Below are positions 22,670 through 34,135 of a stretch of DNA of 64,000 nt, in pieces (position 1 is the first letter of the stretch; each line of letters starts with the position of its first letter). The stretch spans positions 1 to 64,000 of the forward strand of contig JBDOQK010000019.1 in NCBI GenBank assembly GCA_040437565.1, in the 5' to 3' direction. Source of the stretch: Albugo candida (taxonomy: Eukaryota). A program made the translations under genes and the position numbers. The notes beneath the pieces are model-generated. The model ran no database searches. It was not told the origin of the DNA and saw only the letters and a list, made by a program, of their open reading frames with translations.

Positions 22670-25570
22670 CTATACGAATTCATGTCTATCAGTACTTCGC
22701 GTCAAGCGGCTCCAAGTCACATCAAATGGACGATATTGCGAAGTAGCATCACCACTATGAGCGTCGCAGTTGGAAGTAGATGCAGTATTGATGCCGACTA
22801 TCGTTTCCGAGCCATTGACACTGTCAACGGATTCAGTGTGCTTATCAGCGATCAATTTTACCTCTTCTTCTTCCCGACTGAGCGGACGGATTCTTTTGTA
22901 TTGACTGACGTAATTGCCCAAGATATCGACAGCTTGAGCAGCTTCTTGATACGACGGGAATGATAAGTCGAGTCTTCCATTAGTGATCAGAACATCCAAA
23001 GGGATGCTGACAGCATTGGGATTCTCTTGAGAGTCGGGACAGTCATGTAAACTTACTTGTAAACCGCCATTTGTCTCAAGCTTTAAAATGGTATTGATTT
23101 GATCAATCACAACGCGAGTGGGCGTCCCAAATGCAATATTGTGGATAGAAATGCATCTGTTAGAAGTAACATCGGAAGCAAAGACCGCGCGGACTTCATA
23201 GGTGCCACTCATCATCACTCCAAAGATTTGTAAGGCTGGTCGCAAAGCGCGATCTTTGCTATACGTGTCTTCAAATTCGACGAGTGCACAATACGGAGAC
23301 ACTTTTCCTGACGCGCTGATACGTAATTTGTTTTTAGGAACACGTCGTCGCCTTCTCTTGTTAGCTTTTTGCGATTCTAGCCCCACCACAGGTGCTAAGT
23401 CAATTTTTGATTCTGATTCTTTGTTTGGGCAATGATCGAATTCAGAATCTTCAATGATATCGTCAGCCAATTCATTATCAAGGTCGTTGTCGAGCTCCTC
23501 ATGGTCAAATCCAACAGATTCATTTTCGATATCGAGGTCGTTTCGATCTACCTCGTTGTCGATATCCGACACAAACTTAAAAATTGGTGGGTTTCCGTCG
23601 ACTGGATGCTGGAAGAAATTTACATTTTTAACTTTCCCAATGTGTCGAAAAGCGTCTTCCACATCTGCTCTGGTGGCTCCAATGGGTAAATTCGAATAGA
23701 AAATGCAGTTTTCGAAGCGCCAGAAATTTTGTAACCTTGCCTTTCCTTCCGCATTCAGCTCTTCGAGTCGAACAGTCTGTGTGACGAGTTTATGCATGTG
23801 CCGTGATTTCACGCGACAGATTGTCAATGTCTCTACGGATAAATCTGAAAAGGTTTTTCGAAATAATGGCATCAATAATGGAGCACACTCGGGGCCAAAT
23901 CGACGCTCAATATCGTCCAAAAATGTACGGATGAAATTTGGACGATTCGGTCTCCACGCGACTTTATATTGTACGAATCGATTGAAGAAGCTGTGATATT
24001 GGCGATTATCCAGTACATTTGCAATATTCCATGCCATCGTCACGATGTCTTGACGTTTTTCTACTGCGAGACGGCGTGGAACAGCATGATCTTCTTGTAC
24101 ATCATCAATATCATGAATCCAAAGATGGCCAAAACGCATTCGACACTCTAAAAGCGAACGAATGATAGCTTGATGACGAAATTGGTGGTGTTGAAGAGCG
24201 TGTATTGCATTTGGAGATTGAAAGTCTTCGAGCTTTGCACTGTTTCCAGACAAAAATGGCACCACGCGACCCATGATGTCATTTTGATGCTCATCAGGAA
24301 GTCTCGTTTGTATGTTTGAAACCATTTCCTGAAAAATCTTACGATGCAATTTCGAGGTTCGCAAAGAGGCGAGCACTGACAGCAGGAGATTGGCGAGCTC
24401 GTCACTGGAGAGATGGTGCATAAAGAGGTCAACAATTTCCTGCATTTCGGTCATCAACATACGAAAATCCATTCGATCACTCTCCAGATTGAATGCTGCC
24501 CATTCCGGATCTTCTTCTTCTTTAAATAGTGACTTTACTCCTATATTGGACGAAGAAGCTCCACCGGTGTCAGATAAAAATGATAAAGTTGGTCGGATTC
24601 CCATTGCATCGGCGTACATTCCAAGCCCTTCTGCATCAAGCATTCTACAAAAATCATTCTTCACCTGCCATAACGCGGATAGTTTCTTGGGGGCACTGTC
24701 GAAAATCATGTCTTTTGAGTTTGAATTCAAACAGCTCGCTGGTTGTCGAATCAATCGCAATGAATTCAGACAGGCAAGACGAGCATAACACAATACAACA
24801 GTGACGAACTTCGGATCGGTAACCAGGTCAGGAGACAGTCCGATGACTAGACTTGACGTCACCTTCGCAGATTCGACGTTATCGATCGCCACATCTTCAT
24901 CAGTTTCTACTATTCGACGCAGCCAATCTTCATCCCTTCCTTCTAAAAACGCGAGTAGAACTTCAAATTCCTTCATATGATCTGGACCAAATCGTTGCTG
25001 CAAAGAGCGAAGAAACTGCTTCTTTGAACGATTTGTTAGTCGCGGTAACGTTGAATACTGTGACAATCGATGAACAATTTTTCCAATCTGATGCTCTGTG
25101 AGTGAGTTCCGCAACACCGACAGAATTCTCTCGGCTTTTGAAACAGCATCACTGCGATTTTCTTCTCTGACTTCAAAGTCGAATGACGAGTCTTCTGCAC
25201 TATTTCGCTCTGCATGGTAGTTTCCGATTCTCGAAGCAAGGAAATCGACGTCGAAAGATTTGTTTCCAAGTTGCGAGTCAACATTTGCATGATGAGAGCC
25301 TGAAACCGATTTTTTTTTAGTGAGTTCTCGGTCAGCAATGTCACCAGAGGACAAGTGACTCATTGGCGAAGTATTGCCGAGAGTATGGCTTGACAGAGAC
25401 CTAGCGGTAGAGCTCCGGAATGTGAATGTCAATGGCTTTGGAAAGCTTGCAATATGATTCCGATTATTCTTCGTTTCTTTTACGGCTTTATTTGTGTTCC
25501 TGCTTTCATTGCTATAAAGTCTCGAGTATATCCTTAATCGATCCACTCGAAATCGCATCGTTTTCCGCAT
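22670..25570 (-). CDS. Large single-exon protein with three helical repeats and C-terminal RRM(s); possible mitochondrial presequence
   Basis: ORF of about 966 aa from the first ATG. RRM CIFYSNLPIGATRADVEDAFRHIGKVKNV...YCALVEFED, a second RRM-like segment CISIHNIAFG...LSFPSYQEA, and an Arg-rich N-terminus. Confidence 0.75.
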   Translation of the reverse strand: MRKTMRFRVDRLRIYSRLYSNESRNTNKAVKETKNNRNHIASFPKPLTFTFRSSTARSLSSHTLGNTSPMSHLSSGDIADRELTKKKSVSGSHHANVDSQLGNKSFDVDFLASRIGNYHAERNSAEDSSFDFEVREENRSDAVSKAERILSVLRNSLTEHQIGKIVHRLSQYSTLPRLTNRSKKQFLRSLQQRFGPDHMKEFEVLLAFLEGRDEDWLRRIVETDEDVAIDNVESAKVTSSLVIGLSPDLVTDPKFVTVVLCYARLACLNSLRLIRQPASCLNSNSKDMIFDSAPKKLSALWQVKNDFCRMLDAEGLGMYADAMGIRPTLSFLSDTGGASSSNIGVKSLFKEEEDPEWAAFNLESDRMDFRMLMTEMQEIVDLFMHHLSSDELANLLLSVLASLRTSKLHRKIFQEMVSNIQTRLPDEHQNDIMGRVVPFLSGNSAKLEDFQSPNAIHALQHHQFRHQAIIRSLLECRMRFGHLWIHDIDDVQEDHAVPRRLAVEKRQDIVTMAWNIANVLDNRQYHSFFNRFVQYKVAWRPNRPNFIRTFLDDIERRFGPECAPLLMPLFRKTFSDLSVETLTICRVKSRHMHKLVTQTVRLEELNAEGKARLQNFWRFENCIFYSNLPIGATRADVEDAFRHIGKVKNVNFFQHPVDGNPPIFKFVSDIDNEVDRNDLDIENESVGFDHEELDNDLDNELADDIIEDSEFDHCPNKESESKIDLAPVVGLESQKANKRRRRRVPKNKLRISASGKVSPYCALVEFEDTYSKDRALRPALQIFGVMMSGTYEVRAVFASDVTSNRCISIHNIAFGTPTRVVIDQINTILKLETNGGLQVSLHDCPDSQENPNAVSIPLDVLITNGRLDLSFPSYQEAAQAVDILGNYVSQYKRIRPLSREEEEVKLIADKHTESVDSVNGSETIVGINTASTSNCDAHSGDATSQYRPFDVTWSRLTRSTDRHEFV

Positions 25571-25701
25571 CAAGTACGGAATCGAGTGGAGCACACACTG
25601 CCTGTCCTATACAATATAATGCTATGATTAATTTACAGAGGTACCCGCACTTGTGTCGCTTCAGGTTCATGTCGTATACTTGTATACTTGTACTTGAAGA
25701 C

Positions 25702-28292
25702 ATGTCTGGCTACGAGGCTGTGAGCTCGAACGTCAATAAGCTCAATAGAGAATTACTGAGATGGATACAGAGTCTCGATCTCGCGTATTCTATCAAGAAT
25801 GTAAAAAGGTGAGTTTTTACGGCTTTATGAGCCGCACTTTTAAAGCTCATGTGTTTCTTAGGGACTTTTCAAATGGATATCTGGTAGCCGAAATAGTTTC
25901 TAGATATCACGAAAAAGAAGTCAGCATGCACTCGTTCGATAATGGGATCGGTCTCAAAGTAAAAAAGGATAATTGGGATCAACTGACAAAGTTATTTCAA
26001 CGAGTACCTGAACTTGAATCGGCAATTACCAAGAGCGATATAGATGCTGTTATCTACTGTCATAATGGTGCGGCTGTTGCAATGATGAATAAGCTGTACG
26101 AATGTCTTACCAAACGTGTGATTATGAGAAATACTGCGCATCCTCCCGCACCAGCAGATCCTTCCACAAATCAACTTACGTCTCACGAGCAAATCAATTA
26201 TACACCATCTTATGCAAAGACTACAGGGATCACACTCATTCGTCAGAGAGCTCGTGAGGCCGAAGTCTCTGAAATTCAAGATGAAATGGAAATAAGCAGA
26301 ATGTTGCGCGAAACACAACTTCAGCATGAGGCTTCTGTGAAATTGGATCGGCCTCGAAGGGAAGCTTCCGACGATACTACGAACATAGAAAAAACTAACC
26401 ATCCCCGCGGAGTGAAGGCACCAGTGCGAAAATATTATGAAAAAAATATACCTAAGGCAAGTGACATGATCGAGGAGGTGCAGATCAGAACAGTGAGTGT
26501 ACCCAGTCTTGACCATTTACATCTTGCGCGAGAAGCGCGTGAGGCTGATACCAATTTCGATACTATCTTACCTGATGAAAATGAGAAATTAATGGTAACT
26601 ATTGGTAAATCCATTCACTCTGGTCAGGACATGAATACAATGAAGTTGTTGGACACATATGTTGCACAGCATCCTTCCTTATCCGATTCGCTAATAGTTG
26701 AGGCTAATCCGTTTTCTAGCATTATGTTCTCTTTGCAGAATGAATCGTGCGATCGAGACTGCATATGTGCTGTCCTATCAGATCTTGCACGTGAGCAATC
26801 AAACCGTTTGGCGCAATCTTTTCTCGAGCTACCTCAAGATTTCTGGCTTTTCTTTGGGCTTTTAAAGCCGTATCTTGTCGGAAGTACTTGCGATCGTCGG
26901 GTACATGAAACTGTGAAGCAACTAATCATCTCAATAGGTCAACAATGCGTATACCAAGACAGTTCTAGAGCAAAGATACTCGCAATGGATTACATTATTC
27001 CCAAAGCACCTAACGCAGAGATCCTAGTATCCAGAAGAGCTGCATTAGTGGAAGTTCTATATTCTTTTACAGCTCGCTCACCAACAGGGCATATACAAAT
27101 GCTGAAACGAATCCGTGAGTCCATTTCGGTTGCCAATTTGCCGGTTTTCATTCACACGCTTTCCATAACCATACATATGGAGAGTCAGCTAGATGATGCC
27201 TTGGCGGACTTGTATTACTATTATTGCTGTATCGGCTTGGAGAAAAGTTCTTCTAAACTTCAAGCCGCTTGTTTGGGAATGCTCTCGCCTCTGCTTCAAT
27301 GCAACTCTTCATTAAGATCGAATTTACTTACTTCTTTACCTCGCATCACTTCATCCCTCTCTTCTCTTCCAGCAAACAACTGGTGGGAAGTCAAGGTACA
27401 GATACTTCATGTGAGTTCTACTATGCTTCAAGTTTTGGTCGATGACGGAAAGATGTATAAAAATGACTTTGCAGCTCCTCTGGCAATTGTTGATCATGAG
27501 TTCCAACCCGATAGTCACTTGATAGTCAGGCAAATGGGATTGTACTATTTTGCAAGCATATTGAAGTCTCTTCAAGAATTGGTTCCAATCTACGTGGATG
27601 TACTTCTAAGTCTGCCAGAATCATTGGTTAGTGCCATATTTGGATTGCCACGAGATGATCATTATTCTGGTAACGGAAATTGGGAACGCGAAGAATTGCG
27701 TGATGCAGTGGATAGTCGTTTCAGACTTGTGTCTGTCGGTTATTCGTACATTGAATATTCAACGTGTCCATTAGAACCTTTGTGGGACTCCAATGCGATA
27801 GCCAAACAGCTGTTCTATCAGTGGCAAATGAAGACAGATGAACTCGACTATGGCAAGGCTGATATTTCACACAATTGTATGATCGCTCTGCACGCTTGCT
27901 TTTCAGACCTATTCGCGCATGAGCCCACCATCACAAATGCTATCGAGCTGTATGATCAACTGAAATCACTTATTGTGCTAGGGTTATTACAGAGTCGACT
28001 TTTTCATCTCACGATAGAGATCATGGAAATGGTTTTTGAATTCTGTGATGGAGCGCTAGACTTTTTGATCGAAAATATGCTCACTGATAAACAATTTATA
28101 ATGGTTGCCTCAAGGCTGATATCTTATGGCAATCAAGACGCTCGACAAATAGCTCTCGAGGATCTGCTCCTTGCAAAAATGGAAATACCTCATACGAGAA
28201 GCCTGATATTGCATTGCTTGAGAATTATCGAGTCTCATACACAGCCTGCCGACTTTCGCGCCTCCCGATACTACCAACATATTGTGACGTAG
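25702..28292 (+). CDS. SPATA4/SPEF1-like calponin-homology (CH_2) flagellar protein with a long helical C-terminus, 2 exons
   Basis: LNRELLRWIQSLDLAYSIKNVKR, then an intron, then DFSNGYLVAEIVSRY...SFDNGIGLKVKKDNWDQL. Confidence 0.85.
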
Positions 28293-29647
28293 TATGCTGC
28301 ACACACAATCATCTTGCAGAATGAGTAAGCTGGGCAAATACGCTGGGTGCAGTCGCTGGGATAGCTATGCATCGCCTGAAATTGAGATATAAGCGATATT
28401 GTGCGAGAATTCACCGGGCATTAAAAGATTATGGTGCAAGATAGACTGAGAAGATAAATGCTTTAATGGGATTGAATTACACAATACGGAGTTAGCATTA
28501 TGACGGGACAACCCTTAAACATCACCCTGCGTTTTGTGAAGATGGGCTATAGAATTTCTCGAAGACTAAGGGTATTTGCAATTCAAAATGCATGGTCGAT
28601 CACTTTAGCTTTCTTTCGCGTCAAACGATGGCGGTGTTAGATTATTGACATTGAGAAATGACTCCCACTCGATATTCTTTTCGAGAAGCTCTTCTTCGTC
28701 ATCAGATAGTGATCAACTCCGACGCATACTGAGTGTGCTTACGCTTTTTCCACTAAGCGATCTGATCAATTTCGATCTCTCAAAGCTAATCATTCCTATC
28801 TTAATGTGGCATAACCTTGTGAATGAAATGAGCGCTTGGAATTCATCATATTGTGAAGCCAAACGCATGCAAATAGGTGAATCATGTACAAGTCAAATTG
28901 TACGCAGCCATGAAGCAGTTATCAGTGTTTCAGTCGGAACCTTGATACGTACAGCGAGCTTATTTAATTATGAGTACGGTATAGCGCCTTCTTGATCCTT
29001 CTCCAATGCGAGGCACACTGCCAGAAAGCGTCGTATGGTAACATGACTCTACAACGAAGGTGATTCGGATTTCACCATCCAGTGTTTGCAGAAAGTCAAT
29101 TTGGAAGCTCGTGGGCTCAATTCCGATTTCTGGTCTACATGGAGCGTCACCTTCAAGAACATATTTTCATGTTAGATACAATGCTGCTGAAGTTCACCAC
29201 TGAATCCATAAGATCTCGGATGTAGCCCTGGATTGTTGAGCTAAAAAACACGCCACTAGAAAGATTATGCGATGTAGATTCAAATATGATCGACGCGATC
29301 AAAAATCTCCCGCAAGGTCTATTTTTCTCTCGTCAAGGAATGATGGAACGCATACATCTCGTTTTCTTGATGACAGCTCATATTAATATGATTTGAGCAT
29401 GCTACACTACCTTTTGCTCGTATTCTACAGATCACTTGAATGCCGAGAATAAATGATAGCTGATTCTTTTCACATTGCATGATCGCTCAAGCTACTATTC
29501 AGGTGCTGTGGATGCCCGAAATCTAATCGCAGGTGAGCCATGGCATCATCGCGTAAAGTAGCAGTTGTCGAAACAGTTTCAGCTTTGTCATCTTTTATTA
29601 TAGTTTACAAGCGTCTGCTTGTGGTATACGTCAGTTTGCATTTAGAA

Positions 29648-30790
29648 ATGTGGATCGCAAGTGCGCTTTGGCTGTTTTGCACGCTTAAACTTAGCACGAC
29701 GACGACTGATTGCGCTACCCGTGAAGCGACCAATACGTTGCACACAAACGGTAAAACTGAGGGTGGAACTATGGTAACAACTACACAGAATCAATTAGGC
29801 TTCTTGCCTGGAGTGTGTTATAGTCCCATGCATAATCCCCAATATCCTTTAAGTGGTCAGAATTCCGCAGATGGATTGGACATTGCTATGAATGAAGATT
29901 TCAACGTTATGAAGAAGTATTTTGGACATGTTCGTACATATTATTCGCAGTATTATCAATTTCCTATCGCTCCAATAGCGGCAGCTCACGGAATACGTCT
30001 TTTTCTTGGCGTTTACGTGACTGATGAAGCTTGGTACAAGGATCAAGTGGAAGCCGCTGTGCAGGCCGTCATCATGTATCCAGGCACGGTCGCTTGCATT
30101 CTGATTGGCAACGAAAATCTCGCTCCGTATGGACCATATAGTCCCTTCGATATCGGCTCTCGTATCAGAGCGCTGCGTTCCGAACTCGAAACTAGAGCAC
30201 CAGGAGTCAAAGTGCAAATAGGCACTGTGCAACGCGCAGCAGAGTGGTTAGATCAGAACATCCGCACAGACATGCTTGCTTTAGCAGAACTCTGTGACAT
30301 CATTGGGGTTAATATTTATACTTTTTTTGATAGAAACAATAAAAGTCCCGACTCTATTGAACAGCTTGAGAGCGTATGGGCTAAAATGATTGAGTTTTAT
30401 CCGTCAATGAAAGTACGACTCACGGAGATCGGATGGCCCACTGCTGGAGCTCCGAGCGCTGTTGCCCCAAACAATATTCCAAGTCTCGATAATTCTGTTA
30501 CATTCTACAACGCTTTTCTCAAATGGAAACCGCCACAATTTGGAAACGAAGCTTTCTGGTTTATGTTTTTTGACCGCAGATCGGATGATAATTCGATGAA
30601 AGTGGATTTGGAAAAGTCTTTTGGATTTTTCAAGGAGAATAGAGACAAAAAACGAGAAAACTATCCAGTTCTACGCACTGGAGCTGACATAAATGTAGTA
30701 AAGGCCAATGTTTGCGTCCGACCTCCAGATATCTCGTATCTTTTCGGTTCGGAACCTACCTGCCGAGTTGTTAAGCGTTACCTTGGTTGA
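29648..30790 (+). CDS. Secreted glycoside hydrolase family 17 (beta-1,3-glucanase/transglucosylase)
   Basis: GVCYSP, VRTY, acid/base motif ILIGNE, IIGVNIY and nucleophile motif LTEIGWPTAG, FWFMFFD. Hydrophobic signal-like MWIASALWLF; an upstream in-frame ATG at 29540 is also possible. Confidence 0.9.
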   Translation: MWIASALWLFCTLKLSTTTTDCATREATNTLHTNGKTEGGTMVTTTQNQLGFLPGVCYSPMHNPQYPLSGQNSADGLDIAMNEDFNVMKKYFGHVRTYYSQYYQFPIAPIAAAHGIRLFLGVYVTDEAWYKDQVEAAVQAVIMYPGTVACILIGNENLAPYGPYSPFDIGSRIRALRSELETRAPGVKVQIGTVQRAAEWLDQNIRTDMLALAELCDIIGVNIYTFFDRNNKSPDSIEQLESVWAKMIEFYPSMKVRLTEIGWPTAGAPSAVAPNNIPSLDNSVTFYNAFLKWKPPQFGNEAFWFMFFDRRSDDNSMKVDLEKSFGFFKENRDKKRENYPVLRTGADINVVKANVCVRPPDISYLFGSEPTCRVVKRYLG

Positions 30791-31933
30791 GGAGCTTTGT
30801 AGATTCTCCTTAAACTACTAAGAAAAAGTGGGAAATACAGAAACGTTGACTGACGATAAGACTTTTAGATCTTTTGATCACAAATGATTTCCGTAATTGC
30901 TTCTTGCTGATGCCCAAAATGTTTGATTATGTAACGGAATGCAAATGCNNNNNNNNNNNNNNNNNNNNNNNNNNNNNNNNNNNNNNNNNNNNNNNNNNNN
31001 NNNNNNNNNNNNNNNNNNNNNNNNNNNNNNNNNNNNNNNNNNNNNNNNTCGGAACCTACCTGCCGAGTTGTTAAGCGTTACCTTGGTTGAGGAGCTTTGT
31101 AGATTCTCCTTAAACTACTAAGAAAAAGTGGGAAATACAGAAACGTTGACTGACGATAAGACTTTTAGATCTTTTGATCACAAATGATTTCCGTAATTGC
31201 TTCTTGCTGATGCCCAAAATGTTTGATTATGTAACGGAATGCAAATGCCTGTCCCCTAGTACATCTGGTGGCGATCGTTCCGATTTCAATAGCAACAAAC
31301 TATGAGCACCTCAGTCCATTGGTCCAAGGATGTTATGCTCGAGAGGAATGAGCTTAGCGATGTGTGTATGCTCGCTCCAAATGATATAGTAAAACTTTCA
31401 TCAGTCCATGATGTTTTCGAAGGTGACGCCTGCAATGTGAACCGTTCCGATCATATAAAGGAGTGCTATGGTCCATAGAAATCGATCCAGAAGGCTTGTT
31501 GGGTTACACAAGTTGAAAATTGAGCAAAAAGTGCCCGGTTAGGATGAAACTTTCTTGATTCATGCTTTGGCTTTTATACAATCAATCCATGAGCGACACT
31601 TTCGTGAGCTTTCGAGAAGCGAAGGTTGCAGGAGTTCGTCACGCCGAATATGCATAGATGATCCGCGGCGATATTCGCACGGACTTGAAGTCTGACATGA
31701 AACACACAGTAAGCTTCCGCAAAGATTTTGAGTCGAGTGTAGAAACATAGACGACAACACGATCATTTGATCGAATGCAAGCCATTCGGTCGCATTTGCT
31801 CATAATGGAATATCTTCAGGATGTATTGACGACTTGCGCGCGTCATATGAGAACGTGTATTTGGTCATGATGATCAGTCTTGAAAGTGACCTGTTCATTC
31901 GCTATTAAAAGTTCTGTCCACTCTAAATAGCGG

Positions 31934-32806
31934 ATGTTCCCGAGTGTTTACCGTTTCTCACTCGCTGCAAAGCCGAACATTTTGCAGCGTAGATATGTCT
32001 CGGCGTGTATGCGTACAGATGAATCAATTCTAATTCGGGCAGAAAAATCTGAGAATCACAGCTGGGTAAACCATCCGCTCATAGATGCGTCTAGGTGCAG
32101 AGATAATCATTTGGAGCATGATGATCTGAAGCTGATGGAGGAGGTCATCACAGAAGAAGAGGAAGATATATTAGTTGATGAATGCAAACAGTATCTAAAG
32201 CGAAGAAAGTTGGAAGAAAATCATTGGGATCAGGTTATCGTAGACTTTAAAGAAATGGAACGCTCGAAATGGAGCAAAGGTTGATCAGAAGTGCCGGAAT
32301 ACTAGAAAATCAAGCTGATTTACTTCGTGTAGAGTCGAGTGAAATTTTTGACAAGATTCGGTCGACTTCGATTCTCCCGAAAAACCTACAATATTTTCCA
32401 GCTGTGCATGTAATCGAGCTTGCAGAAACAGGATACATCAAGCCTCATATAGATTCGATCAAGGTACCAAATAACCTCCACATTGCCTAATGAGCTTACA
32501 GTATGGCGCTGTAGTTTTCAGGACGTTTGGTAGCTGGTCTTAGTCTCTTATCACCTTCCATCATGCGATTTGAACAAGAAGATGTTGCCTCGAACTTCAT
32601 TGATGCACTATTGCCTCGTCGTTCATTTTACGTGATGACGTACGTTCCCCATAGAATTACGAATATATAATCGTATTAATTATCTTTGTAGCGGAAGGAT
32701 TCGTTACAATTACACCCACCAAATTCTGCCAGGTATTCAAATGTTCAAAGGCAAAAACATTCATCGAACAACTCGAATTTCCATAATGACTCGCGATTTG
32801 TGCTGA
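31934..32806 (+). CDS. ALKBH7: AlkB-family 2OG-Fe(II) dioxygenase ALKBH7 homolog, 4 exons
   Basis: HWDQVIVDFKE, VHVIEL...GYIKPHIDSIK/FSG..VAGLSLLSPSIMRF, LLPRRSFYVM, RYNYTHQIL and RISIMTRD, giving the HxD...H...R motifs. Confidence 0.9.
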
Positions 32807-32893
32807 ACAACAAAATCAGAATCAGATTTAGTAATCAAAATGATTGCAGAATTTAAACCAATGATTTCACGCTAATATACATCAGAATCAGAA

Positions 32894-34135
32894 ATGCAGC
32901 CTCCATTGACTTCATCGCATGGCTTCTCTTCATCACAACAAGAGCGGCTTGTAACAGCCACGAAAGCCGCAAAAGATGCAATAATTCAGCTGCTTACAGG
33001 AAGTTTGAAAGAAGAAGTTCCTTTTGAAAAGTGGGAAGAGCTTGTCCGATCAACTAGAGAGCATCCCGAATATGAAAAGCTATACAGCTTTCCATCTGAT
33101 CAACTCGGGTGGAAACGCACACGCTCGAAAAAGAAATCCACGACACTGAAAATTGCAGCTATAGATTGTGAGATGTGCGTCGTCGGTCATGACGAGGATT
33201 CTAGCGACATCAATCGAAAAGCTTTGGTACGAGTGTCCGTAGTAAATGGCGAGGATCTCATTCGCCATATTGCAGCTGATCTTATTGTGCATCAACCCGA
33301 GCCAGGATATCATGTTATCGATTACAAGACATTCATACATGGCCTCTCGCCAGACCAAATACACAATTCCAAAATCTCTGTGGCTAAAGCTCAGAAAGAG
33401 GTGATGAAATATATTTCGAGTGATACCATTCTCGTTGGACAATCACTTGATGGAGATCTCAAAACGTTGCGTATCACTCATGACCGCTGTATTGATACAG
33501 CTTTGATTTACCAGCGCATGACTGAAGACACTAATGTACAAAAACCAGGACTGCAAGATCTTGCTCAACATCTACTTAAATTTGAGATGCCACAAGGGCA
33601 TGACAGTGTACTAGATGCTCAAATCACGATGCTGGCGGCCATCCACGGTGCCAAATATGGCTATGGTAAAGTCGTTCCTTTCAACTCAGACATTGGTAAA
33701 AGGTTTGATGCCGCACTTGCACGCACTTGCCGCCTCCGGGTCCATCGTATTCCCAAAGGAGTCAATGTTGTTGACATTGAAAAGTTTTTCACGGAGGAAG
33801 CAAAAATAGTTCCATCTTCGGTGGAATCAATAATGTGGTCGGACGCAAAAGGGAAAACCGTGTATGGATCATGTCATGTGACATTCTTATCCAAGGAACA
33901 CGCAGATTTAGCCTTCAAAACTATCCCATCTGTAGGCAAAAAGAAGTCGGTCACGAAAAAGCGCAAGGAGGGTGAACTGAGCAATAATACTTCGGCGACT
34001 ACTACACCAAGCTACCTGATCAACTATGATATTTTAGGACGAGCACAGAAGCGTATCAAATTGAATGGAAAAGTTTTTATCCAAGGTAAAGCGAAACGTC
34101 AAGTGTTCTGGAATATACAAGTGGGCGTCGTGTGA
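32894..34135 (+). CDS. DEDDh 3'-5' exoribonuclease (REX1/SDN-like) with C-terminal RRM
   Basis: AIDCEMC (ExoI), ILVGQSLDGDL (ExoII), HDSVLDA (ExoIII); RRM RLRVHRIPKG...YGSCHVTFLSKEHADLAF. Confidence 0.88.
   Translation: MQPPLTSSHGFSSSQQERLVTATKAAKDAIIQLLTGSLKEEVPFEKWEELVRSTREHPEYEKLYSFPSDQLGWKRTRSKKKSTTLKIAAIDCEMCVVGHDEDSSDINRKALVRVSVVNGEDLIRHIAADLIVHQPEPGYHVIDYKTFIHGLSPDQIHNSKISVAKAQKEVMKYISSDTILVGQSLDGDLKTLRITHDRCIDTALIYQRMTEDTNVQKPGLQDLAQHLLKFEMPQGHDSVLDAQITMLAAIHGAKYGYGKVVPFNSDIGKRFDAALARTCRLRVHRIPKGVNVVDIEKFFTEEAKIVPSSVESIMWSDAKGKTVYGSCHVTFLSKEHADLAFKTIPSVGKKKSVTKKRKEGELSNNTSATTTPSYLINYDILGRAQKRIKLNGKVFIQGKAKRQVFWNIQVGVV

Noticed and set aside
28600-29360. Minus-strand coding-like tail (LSDDEEELLEKNIEWESFLNVNNLTPPSFDAKES*)
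   Set aside because: I could not build a coherent exon chain or recognise a family.
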